Shown here: positions 13,697 to 24,300 of the stretch, piece by piece | Position numbering within the stretch: position 1 is the stretch's first letter | Layout: every line of letters begins with the position of its first letter | Origin: Octopus bimaculoides | Taxonomy: Eukaryota | Direction: 5' to 3' | DNA: 64,000 bases | Assembly: GCF_001194135.2 (NCBI RefSeq) | Contig: NC_068997.1 | Location: 6,046,147-6,110,146 of the forward strand | Translations under genes and position numbers: made by a program | Notes under the pieces: generated by a model | Database searches by the model: none | What the model saw: the letters and a program-made list of their open reading frames with translations, nothing else | What the model was told of the DNA's origin: nothing

Positions 13697-15455
13697 TCAC
13701 ACACGTGCAGATGTGTGTGCGTGCGGACACACACACAACACACACACAGACACATACACACACGGAGAGAAAGTTGGGTGAAGATCGGAAAGTGAAATAT
13801 TGAATGGTGACTCGCAAAAACAACCTTCAAAAAAATCTATTTCATTCTACTAAAAAAGTATCGAGTAGTCTTTCTGTAATAATTACATTGATACAAAGTG
13901 ATAACACGCACACACACACACACACGTACATACGCACATACAATTGTAATCGACCGTGGAGAAGTGAAGTCAAACTCGATTCTAGCGGAGTTTGAAAGCA
14001 TAAACTTGAGACACAGCAATTAATTGTCCTTATTTCTTCATGCTTTCTATTTCCTTCACAGAAAATCAAAAAAGTTATGTGTAAAACGAAACATTAGAAG
14101 CAAAAATAAATAAATAAATATATAAATAAAGCTAAAAAACTTTATATCGTTGAAGGCAGATTAGAGTGTGGACTGGGGTGATAGGGTTCCAATAAGTGAG
14201 CAAATAAATGGGTAGGTGAATGAATGAGTCAGTGAGTGAGTGAACAAGTGGGAAAGTGAGCTCGTGAGCGAATGAAAGAATGACTAGGTGAGTGAATGAA
14301 AACAAAACGAAAAAGACAGGAAGAAAGAGGTAAAAAAGAGAGAGAAAGACAAATAAAGACAGAGAAGGAATCGGGTCAAAATGAACGAAAGCTAAAGCCA
14401 AGGAAGAGAGTTTAGCGTTTCATTGAAGTCAACCCTGAGTGGAGTGTGTGTAAGCAATACTCACAAGACCAAGATTTCTCACTCATCAACATATGCGGTT
14501 CATGGGCTGAAACTGAGAAGATACGTATTTAAAGTAGATGACCACTGATATACTTGTAGTCCGGTAGAGGGCAAACATTATCAGAGGCATGGGCTGGTTT
14601 GTGACAGTCAAGTTTCGGTCAAATACTGTTGGCAAAGAAAAAAATCCTAACATGGGCTATAACAAGTAACCTTAGATGCTAAGAACCTTCCTAAGTCTCC
14701 TAGCAGTCCCTAATCACTGTTTTCTGGAACTGAATTAAACAAGGTATTTTTAAAACCTACTTCCTCTATCCATCTGTTCGAATCTTTAAGGATTGTTCCT
14801 ATTGTACCTATAACTAAAGGGATACATTTTACCCACACTTTCCATAGCCTCTGTAACTCAATGGCAGAATCGTTAGCACGCCGGATGAATTACCGCCGAG
14901 TTCGACATCACCTTTCATTCTTTCGTGGTCGATAACATAAGTACCAGTTGCGCACTGGGGTCGAAGTAATCGACTTACCTAAAATTTGAAATTATTATTA
15001 TTTGCGCACTGCAGCCTATGTTATAGATCAATGCTATAAGCTAGAGCATCGTTCTGAGGTTCAATAAAATAAGTTACATTCTCGTGTTGATTTAATTGGC
15101 TATGCATCGATGCTACACTTCACATTGTGTTGCAGAATACTGGATATTCTGTCAAATTTCCGGTAATAACATCAGTTATCCTCTCTATATGCTTTCACTC
15201 TGTGCCAATAGTTAGAGACTGAGGATGTTAATAACATCCGTTAATTCCCTCTATATGCCTTACTCTATCAAAAGTTACAGATACCTGGGTTAAAAGAAGG
15301 ATGTATTTTTACCTTAATCTGAATATGGGGATATTGCAATGGGGGATGTGTTAACGGTCCAAATTCCTTTAAGACAAACTCTTCCTTTGTTTTTTTTTTG
15401 CCCCTTATCATCTTTCTTTTGTCCTTGTGTTCTCTGTATTTCTCTCTCTCTCTCA

Positions 15456-15499
<44 letters not shown>

Positions 15500-16272
15500 A
15501 AGTGAACTGGTTGTGAGCAACCGGAGTGGCAGTGACTTTAGTGAGTGTGATTCATTAAATGGAGACTAAAGTGGTACGGTGTTAGTGAAGGTGAGTTTCT
15601 AAGTTCTAATTTCAACAACATTTCTAGTATTTCAGTGTTGCTATCACAAAGGAACAATAAAATAAATGATACCAGTCATATGCTGCAGATGGATCAATCA
15701 ATTATAAAGGTTTTGTTTTGGCCTAAACCATTACTCCTTAGACTATGTGTGTTATTGCACGTGCGCATGCGCGTGTGCATGTATATATGTATATATCAAT
15801 GTATACATATATGTATGTATGTGTATATATGTGTGTGTGTATGTATGTATGTATATGTGTATGTACACACACACACACACACATACACACACACACATAC
15901 ACACACACACACGCTTTATATGCAACTGCTTGTAACCAACAGCTATTTATAGTTAGGCCTCATGGGAACTCGTCTCTTTTTACACCAGCTGATGAATCAA
16001 ATGATGAAGCATCTAGGTGTACTGGAAGATTACTACAAGGTAAATATATGCGTAATTTCTTTATATTGGAGATTAATTTCTTTCGTTTACTTATTTCACG
16101 TAGACCTAATTGGTAATCAGTTGTCGAACACACCCAGTGAACAGATTAGGCCAAGATGTGTTCCAAGAGGTTCACGATAGGCCATTCATCATACATGTAT
16201 GAATGTATGTTTATATATATACATCGTATATGTACATATAGATGTTTATGTATGTATGTATGTATGTATGTA

Positions 16273-16304
<32 letters not shown>

Positions 16305-19300
16305 TGTAATTCCAATAAAAAACTGAATATATTAGGAAAAAGGTTTTATACTGTGATTGATGTCGAAGATGAAAAATCCAGGAATGTATTCCAGAATGAA
16401 AGAAGTAAATAACTCGAGGACTATTTACAAAGGGATAAATATCAGTACGATAGTGATCATGAAGGTGGCAAACTGGCCGAAACGTTCGCCCGTCGGTCGA
16501 AATGCTTAATGAAATTTCGTCCCTTTTTACGTTCTGAGTTCAAATGCCGCCGTAGTAGACTTTGACTTTCATTCTTTCGGGGTCGATAAAATAAGTACCA
16601 GTTGAACATTGGAGTCGATGTAATCGACTTACTCCTTCCCCCAAAACTGTTGGCCTCGTGCCAAAATTTGGAAGAGATAGGTGGCGAACTGGCAGAATCG
16701 GTAGCACGCCGGGCAAAATACTTAGCGGCATTTCGTCCGTCTTTACGTTCAGAGTTCAAATTCCGTTGAGGTCGGCTTTGACTTTTATCCTTTCGGGGTC
16801 GATAAAATAAGTACCAGTGAAACACTGGGTTCAATGTAATCGACTTACCCTTTCAATTGCTGGCTTTGTGCCAAAATTTGAAACGAATATTATATCGATC
16901 ACAACTTGGTATAACACACCTCTTACTCCAAATACATCAGCGATGTGGTTAGGTATGCTAAAGACCAAATTTTTATAGCAATCTCGAATTATCTCTTGTG
17001 TCTCAACCGGTAATTTTCTTCTCATTATAATCTGTGAATTTTCTCATGATGTTTTTCAGAAATGTCGAAATTATGAAATAATATTTTATCATTCATGTAT
17101 ATTAATGTGTAATATCAATTAATTAACTCAGGTTCTGGAATATAAATTTTGAAGGCTATTCAGAAAAATATTAAGATAGGCAGACAGATGGACAGAGGCA
17201 CACAGAGAATGAGAGAGAAACAATACAAAAGAAGAGTTTATATCTTTGATAAGGTAGAACTACTAACGACACCCTTAAAATATTTCAATATTTCGTTTGT
17301 ATTCTTAACTTGTTAACTAGAATTGGTCCTTGATAATGTTTGTGGCATCCCTCTAGCAGACTGCAAAATGTTTTGTTCAAGAAGGATTTTACAAGAATTG
17401 CTTTATTTGATGGAAAAAGAAAATGCTCTAATGTGGTGATAAGCAACTGAGATAAAGCCATAAGCTAATACATAATATAGACGTTAAGTTTTGGCATCCA
17501 AAGACACGTGATAATGCATTTGCAAAGTAAGCGTGGAAACACTTGATGAGTTGACAAACAAAACTAGATGCAATCAAGACTCGAAATGAACTGAGGAGAG
17601 GAAAACATTGAATTAATGTTTAAATTTGTCCAAGACGACTAAGGGTGAAAACTCCTGGGCTCAAATAATTGAAATTAGAGTTAACTCTATTGAAATCTCA
17701 GTTCAGCAACAATGGAAATAGTCATGCATCAAGGGGAAGCGGGAAAGATTAAACTAGTCTTTTTTAGGATACAGGGACAACTGTGGACATGTTTCGATGT
17801 TATTAACCCTCCTCAGCAAAGCATATTGTTATATTAAATTGATGTTAAGTTCTGACGCTTAAAAGCCATTTGATAGTATATTAGCAAATAAAAACTGGAG
17901 TTCGAGGGAATTTATGGTGGTATGTTTTGGTTAAATAAGGTCCAATGAAGTTAGTAAATATGTATGTCTGTATTTTCTGGGGAGATGAGGATTCGGATAT
18001 TTTATGATTGACGTTTCGTCGAAGAATCATTAGATTTATGTTAACCGTCGACACCTAAATTAAAATAGATGATACGAAATGTTCATCGTTAGAACAATGC
18101 TGATAATATCGTCGTCATCATCATCATCATCGTTGTTATCGTCGTCGTCATCATCATCATCACCATTTAACGTCCATATGCCATGCTCGCATGGAGTGGA
18201 CGGTTCAACAGAATCCAAGTAGCCTGAGGGCTGTGTTGTTCTCAAATGCCTGCTTTGGTAGGGTTTTTACGACTGGATGTCTTTCCTAATGCCAACCCAT
18301 TTACAGAGTATACTGTGCGATTTTTTCTTGTGACTGACCACAAGTGAGGTCACCAAATAATTTGCAAGACAGAGAAAAGAATCTCGACTGAGTGGAGTCG
18401 TAGTGGAAAGGGAGGTGGCTTTATGACGGGTACTGAGTGGCTAAAGTATGATGCACGCAGCGCGCGCGGACACACACACACACACACACTCGCACTCGCG
18501 TCCCCCACCACTACGTATTTGTTATTCTTATCAAGTGGGTTTTGAGCAGCTGTTACCTAAAGAAACTCGAAGTTTGAAGGACATGGTTAGGTGAAATTAA
18601 AATGAAAGCGCAAATTTAGTGCAAACAAGCTCTGACGTCAAAACGATTAATAGTAATATTAATAAAACTCATTACAGAACGCAGTGCATTATGGTTAGGC
18701 AATATAATTAATTGGTTTGTTTTCATATTTGTTTTCACAATGTTTGTTAAATGTAGCCATTATGACATTTACAATTGAAATTATTGACTTTATAAAGGTA
18801 ATATTATTTTCTTATCTTTATGTCTTCCGTGCTTCATTATGCAGTTATTGGTAGTTTGTTATTTGTTGTTTTTGTGTGTTACTCTTAAGATTTTTTTTTT
18901 ATTTATGTGTGTGTTTGTGTCTTTTTTTTTTTGTTTTTCAAATAAAAATCAATTTGGTATTTAGTTTTACTTGATGCGACCACACTTCATTTTGTCTTCT
19001 GTCAATGAGTCAAACAGCTTCTCAATGCTTCTTTCCCCTTTGTTACTTTGTTGTCAAGAAATTTATTTATAATTTTTTTTTTTTTTTTAATCACTCGGAG
19101 AACGCACGAGTAGCAAAAACTCACCATCTGAAAAGATAACCACAACAATTTTTCTTTTTTTTTTTTTGCAGGTAAACAACATGAACAACAACAACAACAA
19201 CAATGATAGGCATCAACATCAATAGCGTCATTTTACTCCTCCTCCTCCTCCTCCTCCTCATCATCATCATTAACAACAACAGCAACAACAACAGCAACAG

Positions 19301-21361
19301 CAGCAGCGACAACAACGACAAAAACGACAGACAACAATGGCGACAGCATCAATATCATCATCATCATCACCATCCTCTTCATTATCCTTATCATCATCAT
19401 CACCATCATCACCATCCTCTTCATCATCATCATCATCATCACCGTCATCAATATCATCATCAACAACAATTATAACCATAAATAGTAATGACATCTGTAT
19501 TATCGTCACAAAAATGACGTGTGGGGGGGAAACTAGGAGGGGGTAATTTAAAAAGGGTGCAACGAAAGAGGATCACAGTAGCATCGAAGAACAGTAATAA
19601 GAAAAAGAGCATCATCACCATCATCATCACCATCATCATCACCATCATCATCATCGTCGTCGACGTCACCGTCATCGTCATCGTCATAGTCATCATGATC
19701 GTTGTCGTCGTTGTCGTCACCATCATCATCATCATCATATATATGATATATAGAGAGGTAGGTAGGTAATAAGGTAGGTAGGTAGGTAGGTAGGTAGGTA
19801 GTTNNNNNNNNNNNNNNNNNNNNNNNNNNNNNNNNNNNNNNNNNNNNNNNNNNNNNNNNNNNNNNNNNNNNNNNNNNNNNNNNNNNNNNNNNNNNNNNNN
19901 NNNNNNNNNNNNNNNNNNNNNNNNNNNNNNNNNNNNNNNNNNNNNNNNNNNNNNNNNNNNNNNNNNNNNNNNNNNNNNNNNNNNNNNNNNNNNNNNNNNN
20001 NNNNNNNNNNNNNNNNNNNNNNNNNNNNNNNNNNNNNNNNNNNNNNNNNNNNNNNNNNNNNNNNNNNNNNNNNNNNNNNNNNNNNNNNNNNNNNNNNNNN
20101 NNNNNNNNNNNNNNNNNNNNNNNNNNNNNNNNNNNNNNNNNNNNNNNNNNNNNNNNNNNNNNNNNNNNNNNNNNNNNNNNNNNNNNNNNNNNNNNNNNNN
20201 NNNNNNNNNNNNNNNNNNGTAGACAACCACCACATATATGTCGTATGTATGTCAATATGCATGTATATATGTGTCTATGTATGTGTGTATGTATGTATGT
20301 ATGTATGTATGTATGTGTACGAACGTGTGTACATATATATGTTTGCATGGATGTATGTAACTTTGTATGTACGTACATATAAATATGCGCGTATGAATGT
20401 CCGAATGTATGAATGCGTGTGTTTGTGCGTGCGTAAATATGTATGTATGTAACATGTAATCCATTACAACCCATTGAATGGTTAGGCTGTAGGCTGTTAA
20501 ATCGACAACTCTACCAAGCCTTGGGAGGGAGGTTTTCGCTTGCCACGCTGCATGATGAAAAACAAAACTTATCTAAGGGTGGATGAACTCAGTCGAGTCC
20601 ATATCATCTAACAGCTGGGTGTGAGAGAGACCCCCTCCTAGTCTTTGTTTAGATAGAAGTAATCTCACCTTCGACTTCGTTTGCATCCAGTGATGTAGAC
20701 TGGTTCTTGATTTTGGTCAAATGAATATGTTGTTCAGAAAGTGTGATTAGCCCAGTGCAAGACATTTAATCACTTTCAAAAGCTTCGGGCACATGTGCTG
20801 TTTGATTTTTAACATTTCTAGTAACATCTCTACCACGTGTTGCTTAATATTGCTGTGTCGAGAAAGGCAAAACATCCAATGAAAAAATCCATGATGGAAT
20901 GACGGTGTGCGCCAGTGTGGGTGGTAACTCTTTGAACTCGTATTGCAGGAGGCACTCATTGTTGCCATATTTGTGCAACAGAGTGTAGGTCCTTAGCAGG
21001 ACTGAAAATTCCTATCCGTACTGCTTATGTTTAAGACAAAAATCAAACAATGTTATTGTTCGAAATCGAGTTGTAGCCATCATTTACCTACCTGCCTGCC
21101 TTCCTGCCTGTTAGTCTGTTTGTCGGTCTGTCTGTTTGTCTGTCTGTCTGTGCAACCATTAATCCGGGCACCTTTTTTCTCCCCGTTTTTTCCCCCTCTC
21201 TCTCTATCTGTTTTCTCTCCTCATTCCTTTCCTTAGAAGAGCGTAGTCTCAAAACGTCAAAGACTTCTTCCATTTTCCCTTAGTACCAAAGTAATATACC
21301 TTGTTTGTTGTTCTCTCACCCGTCTCTCTCTTTTGATTTTTGTCTTTTGTATAGTTTTGCA

Positions 21362-21423
<62 letters not shown>

Positions 21424-22345
21424 GTCTGTCTGTCTGTCTGTCTTTTTCTCCTCTCTTAAATGCATATATGTATGTGTGTGCGCGTGCGTGCAAGTGTGTA
21501 TGTGTGTGTATACACACCATACACATATACATATATATCACACATTCTTATAAAAGCAACTGTGGCGTTTAGTAACAGAATGTCGTAAGCACCATCCTGG
21601 CCATTTTCGAAGTTAGTGTATCGTTTTCTTTGTCTCGACGTCGAGAAACCGAAAAATTTGGGAGGAAGAACCGGTGAGGCTTGCAATAAGGTCGAAAATC
21701 CGGCTGAAAAAATTGTACCTTGACGCTGTTGACACGACGCTCGCTCACCCAAACTCGGACCAGAGAGTTTAGTAGCACATCATCGTAAGCACACTCACAC
21801 ACAATCAGTAACTTTGGTGTGGTCCCTGTATCATTTTTCGAGTGTTATGGCTCATTTTCTAATATTCTTCGTTACCATCGTAACGATAATGGGCTATTAC
21901 CTTACTATCTTGTCTTACTTACCTCTTAAATATACTTACCTTGGTATATTAAAACAGAAACAATACCTTGGGTGAGGGTCTCTGTATGCTTTTTGCTAGG
22001 TATTATAGCTAAAATATGCAATGCGATACACCGTTTCATTGTACCCATTTATTCTACAAAATGAGAAAGACGCAGTCATTGTTTAATCTTTCAGATGCAA
22101 ACATAAATATATAATTTTACATCGGTGAAATGGTTAGAGGAGGTCTTCACGGTCATTTTAAGACCAAAACTAGCTTCCTAACTACATTCCTTGTCGATAT
22201 ATCGTATTCTGAATGTCGCGAAACTTTGTCATTTTCTCGGTTTTTAAGTTGTGGCACTTACGCGGTCTGTTACTAAACGTTTCAATTGAAAGAAAAGAAA
22301 TTACAAGGATAGAACTATAAAGACAACACCACCACCACCACCACC

Positions 22346-22376
<31 letters not shown>

Positions 22377-22533
22377 TCAACAACACCGACTAGATCATAT
22401 TTACATGTTAGAAGTCCACAGTCATGTCCAGTATAATTGTTGGAACATTCGCAGTAATTTGAAGTTGTTAAACACCTTCCATTCTTGGCACACGATACTC
22501 CCCAACGTCTACAATCAAAGTCGACTTTCTGAG
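523..22533 (-). CDS. Spliced gene for a secreted/membrane protein with two EGF-like domains and a ZP domain (EGF-ZP / ELDP-like). Seven exons in the window, 3'-partial, 5' exon(s) uncertain
   Basis: Exons join in frame (1013 nt = 2 + 337 codons): AQKVDFDCRRWGVSCAKNGRCLTTSNYCECSNNYTGHDCGLLTSSISPSPNCGGLKCQNGGTCVTANETFYCYCSPSFYGDRCESSRVAVDCQSTQMSIKIAPFGQFTGKIFVKDFEDNPNCSFNNMGDVWELNLDYFSGCGAGIEGQTVFSDIPKIGDVSFKREIVVLYNQDIMNSFDELHTVSCQHNLKMVIDPMSMTSNVVEDSNLTKTDTKNIYNPIGFEIKDTNGDPLKKAVFVGDKVQLTFILWDNEVFNDFHVSDCEAFEAGGGHSSIKLIENSCVNKNAFSVIAGDLKKDGAIPMTISLLIRAFRFVKSPAVSFRCNVIGCKPDDDTCSS. It has two 6-Cys EGF repeats, four ZP-N cysteines and ZP-C motifs (V-x-VGD-x-V-x-L, F-x-V-x-x-C-x-A, AFRF...V-x-F-x-C-x-V-x-x-C). 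Confidence 0.9.
1505..1586 (-). CDS. EGF-ZP gene exon: ZP-C
   Basis: Acceptor tttttttttcgtgcag and donor AACAG|gtttgt; 82 nt, phase 1-2; FNDFHVSDCEAFEAGGGHSSIKLIEN. Confidence 0.9.
1681..1870 (-). mobile_element. SINE family A, diverged
   Basis: Reverse-strand match to family A. Confidence 0.7.
2272..2580 (+). mobile_element. tRNA-derived SINE family B with a CORE-like central domain. Related copies at ~11510-11760(+), 39557-39800(+), 53110-53300(-), 58590-58870(-)
   Basis: A-box tggctcagtggttaga, B-box-like gttctaatatc, then gcaagacactttatttcacgttgctccagttcactcagctg. Confidence 0.8.
3077..3219 (-). CDS. EGF-ZP gene exon: start of ZP-C
   Basis: Acceptor ccattaattctag and donor GAAG|gtaatt; 143 nt, phase 2-1; SNLTKTDTKNIYNPIGFEIKDTNGDPLKKAVFVGDKVQLTFILWDNE. 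Not in the ORF track. Confidence 0.92.
3513..3560 (+). ncRNA. Degenerate minimal hammerhead-like motif
   Basis: gucu CAGAUGA a gggaua-uaauaaa-uauccu a GAAA cagcug UA agac. Stems I, II and III are recognisable; the core has a U4->A change. Confidence 0.4.
4330..4717 (+). mobile_element. mariner transposase 3' remnant
   Basis: 4505-4633 translates NVELKAWLDEFLSRHVNFFCQDIDKQVGRW*EVLNNKEYIID*, the mariner C-terminal motif with a stop. Confidence 0.7.
5150..5298 (-). CDS. EGF-ZP gene exon: end of ZP-N and linker
   Basis: Acceptor ctttattccttttacag and donor GA|gtgagt; 149 nt, phase 0-2; IGDVSFKREIVVLYNQDIMNSFDELHTVSCQHNLKMVIDPMSMTSNVVE. Confidence 0.92.
6138..6343 (-). CDS. EGF-ZP gene exon: start of ZP-N
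   Basis: Acceptor tttgttttattttccccag and donor AAG|gtaagt; 206 nt, phase 1-0; AVDCQSTQMSIKIAPFGQFTGKIFVKDFEDNPNCSFNNMGDVWELNLDYFSGCGAGIEGQTVFSDIPK. Confidence 0.93.
6604..6735 (-). CDS. EGF-ZP gene exon: EGF-like domain 2
   Basis: Acceptor tttttttcatgctacag and donor CGAG|gtgagt; 132 nt, phase 1-1; SISPSPNCGGLKCQNGGTCVTANETFYCYCSPSFYGDRCESSR. Confidence 0.93.
7430..7790. repeat. Compound (GAG)n/(GAT)n/(GAA)n/(AAT)n microsatellite, representative of dozens of simple repeats in the window
   Basis: Direct observation. Similar blocks at 19180-19800, 30395-30510, 38700-38830, 43470-43550, 44155-44400 and 45845-45920, plus many (CA)n/(TACA)n/(TA)n/(ATCT)n tracts. Confidence 0.97.
9313..9797 (-). 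mobile_element. Degenerate I-group LINE fragment (RT C-terminus to RNase H start), copy 1
   Basis: Colinear, diverged match to 20581-21081. Confidence 0.5.
10462..10667 (+). mobile_element. SINE family A (tRNA-like head, central gtcgactttgcctttcatcctttcggggtcga domain)
   Basis: Matches many other copies in the window. Confidence 0.85.
10816..11160 (+). mobile_element. 3' end of a Tx1/L1-type LINE
   Basis: VEREVLSSKFVER*ANAGRMASVKGPILSVHL*, then a T-rich UTR, AATAAAAGAATAAA and a (TTA)n tail. Confidence 0.5.
12030..12180 (-). mobile_element. Decayed C2H2 zinc-finger tail of an RTE-type LINE ORF2
   Basis: FEYSVCQKVCKFNGGLKRHFKIH: a single finger lacking its first Cys, with no splice context. 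Confidence 0.45.
12458..12665 (-). mobile_element. SINE family A
   Basis: Reverse-strand match to family A. Confidence 0.85.
14861..14995 (+). mobile_element. SINE family A, internally deleted
   Basis: Family A head and core. Confidence 0.75.
16462..16890 (+). mobile_element. Two tandem SINE family A copies
   Basis: Head-to-tail copies starting at 16462 and 16680. Confidence 0.88.
17781..17821 (-). ncRNA. Minimal type I hammerhead-ribozyme-like motif with intact core
   Basis: Minus strand: cuuug CUGAGGA ggguuaauaacauc GAAA caug UC cacag. Stem I has 4/5 pairs, G10.1-C11.1 is present, stem III is the palindrome ACAUGU, and the cleavage triplet is GUC. Confidence 0.55.
20581..21081 (-). mobile_element. 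Degenerate I-group LINE fragment, copy 2
   Basis: Matches 9313-9797. Broken translation has TGAHRHS (cf. TGAFRTS) and VYITGCK (cf. RNase H YTDGSK). Confidence 0.5.
21566..22279. mobile_element. Non-autonomous TIR element (MITE-like, ~714 bp)
   Basis: Termini cgtttagtaacagaatgtcgtaagcacca / revcomp cgtttagtaacagaccgcgtaagtgcca; no TSD recognised. Confidence 0.55.
22405..22533 (-). CDS. EGF-ZP gene exon: EGF-like domain 1
   Basis: Acceptor ctttctcttgtccttcttcttttgcag and donor ACAT|gtaaat; 129 nt, phase 1-1; QKVDFDCRRWGVSCAKNGRCLTTSNYCECSNNYTGHDCGLLT. Confidence 0.88.
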
Positions 22534-22679
22534 CTGCAAAAGAAGAAGGACAAGAGAAAGATGATTACAACAAATGTTATTTATTTCATATGTAAAATCA
22601 TTATTGTAAGACAGACAAATAGATAAATAAACACAAGACACGCATAATGAAATAATAACGAATGCGTAAGTGGTTGGAG

Positions 22680-22890
22680 GGAGAGTTGCTAGTCACAGTG
22701 ATGGTTAGCAGGGTTAATCACAATAGTAGTGGCAGGGTGGGGCTGCTAGTTACAATGGCATTGCAAGAGGGAGATGCTAGTTTTAACGGTAACAGCAGGA
22801 ATGCTAGTCACAATAGTGGTAGCAGGAAGAGATGCTAGTCACAATGGTGGTAGCAGGAAGAGATGCTAGTTACTATGGTGGTAGAAGTGA
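22680..22890. repeat. Degenerate ~31-bp minisatellite
   Basis: Repeated unit gatgctagtcacaatrgtggtagcaggaaga. Confidence 0.8.
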
Positions 22891-22989
22891 ATTCGTCTCC
22901 CAAACTTTAAGACGCTTTAAAAAAATTATAAACAGAAAAACGACAAACAAATAGGACCGCAAACAATTACATTTTAACAAGTAATGTGT

Positions 22990-24300
22990 GGGGGGATAAG
23001 AGAGCAGCTCTTTACTGGAGAAATTGATACAAGAAAAATAGTGGAGGAAAACGATGTGCATTTGAAAGGGAAGCTGGAGGAAGCCCTGACCGATGCGAAG
23101 CACGATGAATATTCCATCTAACTGGATAGGCCATGTGGAAGAATATGTTTATCCTTCCGGACCGAAGGTGGGGCAAGAAGATAGACAGAGCTGGGATGTC
23201 AATACATCAACCCTCAGAGTTGTGCCATGGTAGATGGGAAGATAAGGCGAGGAGAGAAGCAAAGCTAGGGTATCTCACACACCAGCCCACAGACTTGTGC
23301 TGTAACAGATCGAAAGATAAGGCGAAGATCTAGTCGCATCGCAGTAGATGGGGAAAAATCGTGAGGAGATACTGACGTTGACTGTTGGTTGTTATTTCTA
23401 CGACAGTATGGGTAGGTGGTGAGATCAGGGCTGATTGGCGATAATATATGATAAGGTGGGGGTCCGCATGAACATTTGTGTCTTAGTGAGGTTCAAAGAA
23501 CACGAGGCTATTTCGAAATTGTATTGCAGGAGCAGAAACGAAGTCAATTTGACTGGCGGTATAGAGCAGAAGGCGTAGTTGCTACACATGCGGAAGTAAA
23601 AGCCACATGAGGGTTTTCTGCTTAGAAGTGGAACAACGATGCAAAGAGGGAACAGTCTATAAGTAAAGGCAGCACAACAACAACAAACTCCAGAAGGAAG
23701 AGCAAGGCTGCTGTCATTGCTGTTTCCACAATATCGTTGGTCGTAGCTTTGAGGATAGCTAGAAAGGAAACGAAGAAAAGTAGAATGGCATGGTTTTCAG
23801 TGCTAGCAGCATCAGGTGCCAGGAAGTAGGGGGCCCGGAAAGGTGTAAATGGGGGAAAATCTCAAGAACTGTAAATACGTGGGGTAATATAGAAAGAATG
23901 GTCCTAATCTAAAACATACAGTTTACTGATAATCTTCACAGAAGGGCAAAAGTACGCCTACATGGTTGTGTGGGTCAGTAATGGAATTCATGGTTGTGAG
24001 GGTGAGTAGCGAGAAATTGGTGCAGATACTGAATGAATTGAAAAAGTGCAACAGAAAAGTTATATTCATTAAAGTCGAGATTGGCAAGGATTACACCCAG
24101 CATAAAAATTATAGACGTTTGTTGAAAACCACACCAGAAATTAATCAACAGCTCAAGAAAGTTACTCAGAAGATGTAGGAGATTTCAGAGTAAGGCTCAA
24201 ACCGAACATAGTTAGGTTCAGAGAAGCCTATTTGTAAAAGGGAAACCAAAGCGGAAAATGGTCGGGTGCCATATGGTACCCTGATTCAACCATGCTAGCA
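22990..24300 (-). mobile_element. Highly degenerate retroelement fragment, probably Penelope-like
   Basis: Frameshifted pieces resemble the PLE GIY-YIG C-terminal region (near 23060-23130) and the N-terminal region; many stops. Confidence 0.35.

Larger units (their letters stand above)
15499..17892 (+). other. Candidate spliced antisense transcript nested in the EGF1-EGF2 intron (exons ~15499-15590, 15953-16039, 17321-~17892)
   Basis: Non-repetitive islands with donors GAAG|gtgagt (15590) and CAAG|gtaaat (16039), acceptors ctatttatag and tttgtattcttaacttgttaactag, and AATAAA at 17887. No expression evidence. Confidence 0.3.

Noticed and set aside
14465-14625. Minus-strand segment with a strong acceptor (ttttttctttgccaacag) and donor (gtgagt)
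   Set aside because: It has stop codons in all three frames and no ZP/EGF similarity. At most a poison or non-coding exon, unsupported without reads.
22680-22890. CRISPR-like repeat array
   Set aside because: Contiguous degenerate tandem units with no unique spacers, no cas genes and a eukaryotic context.
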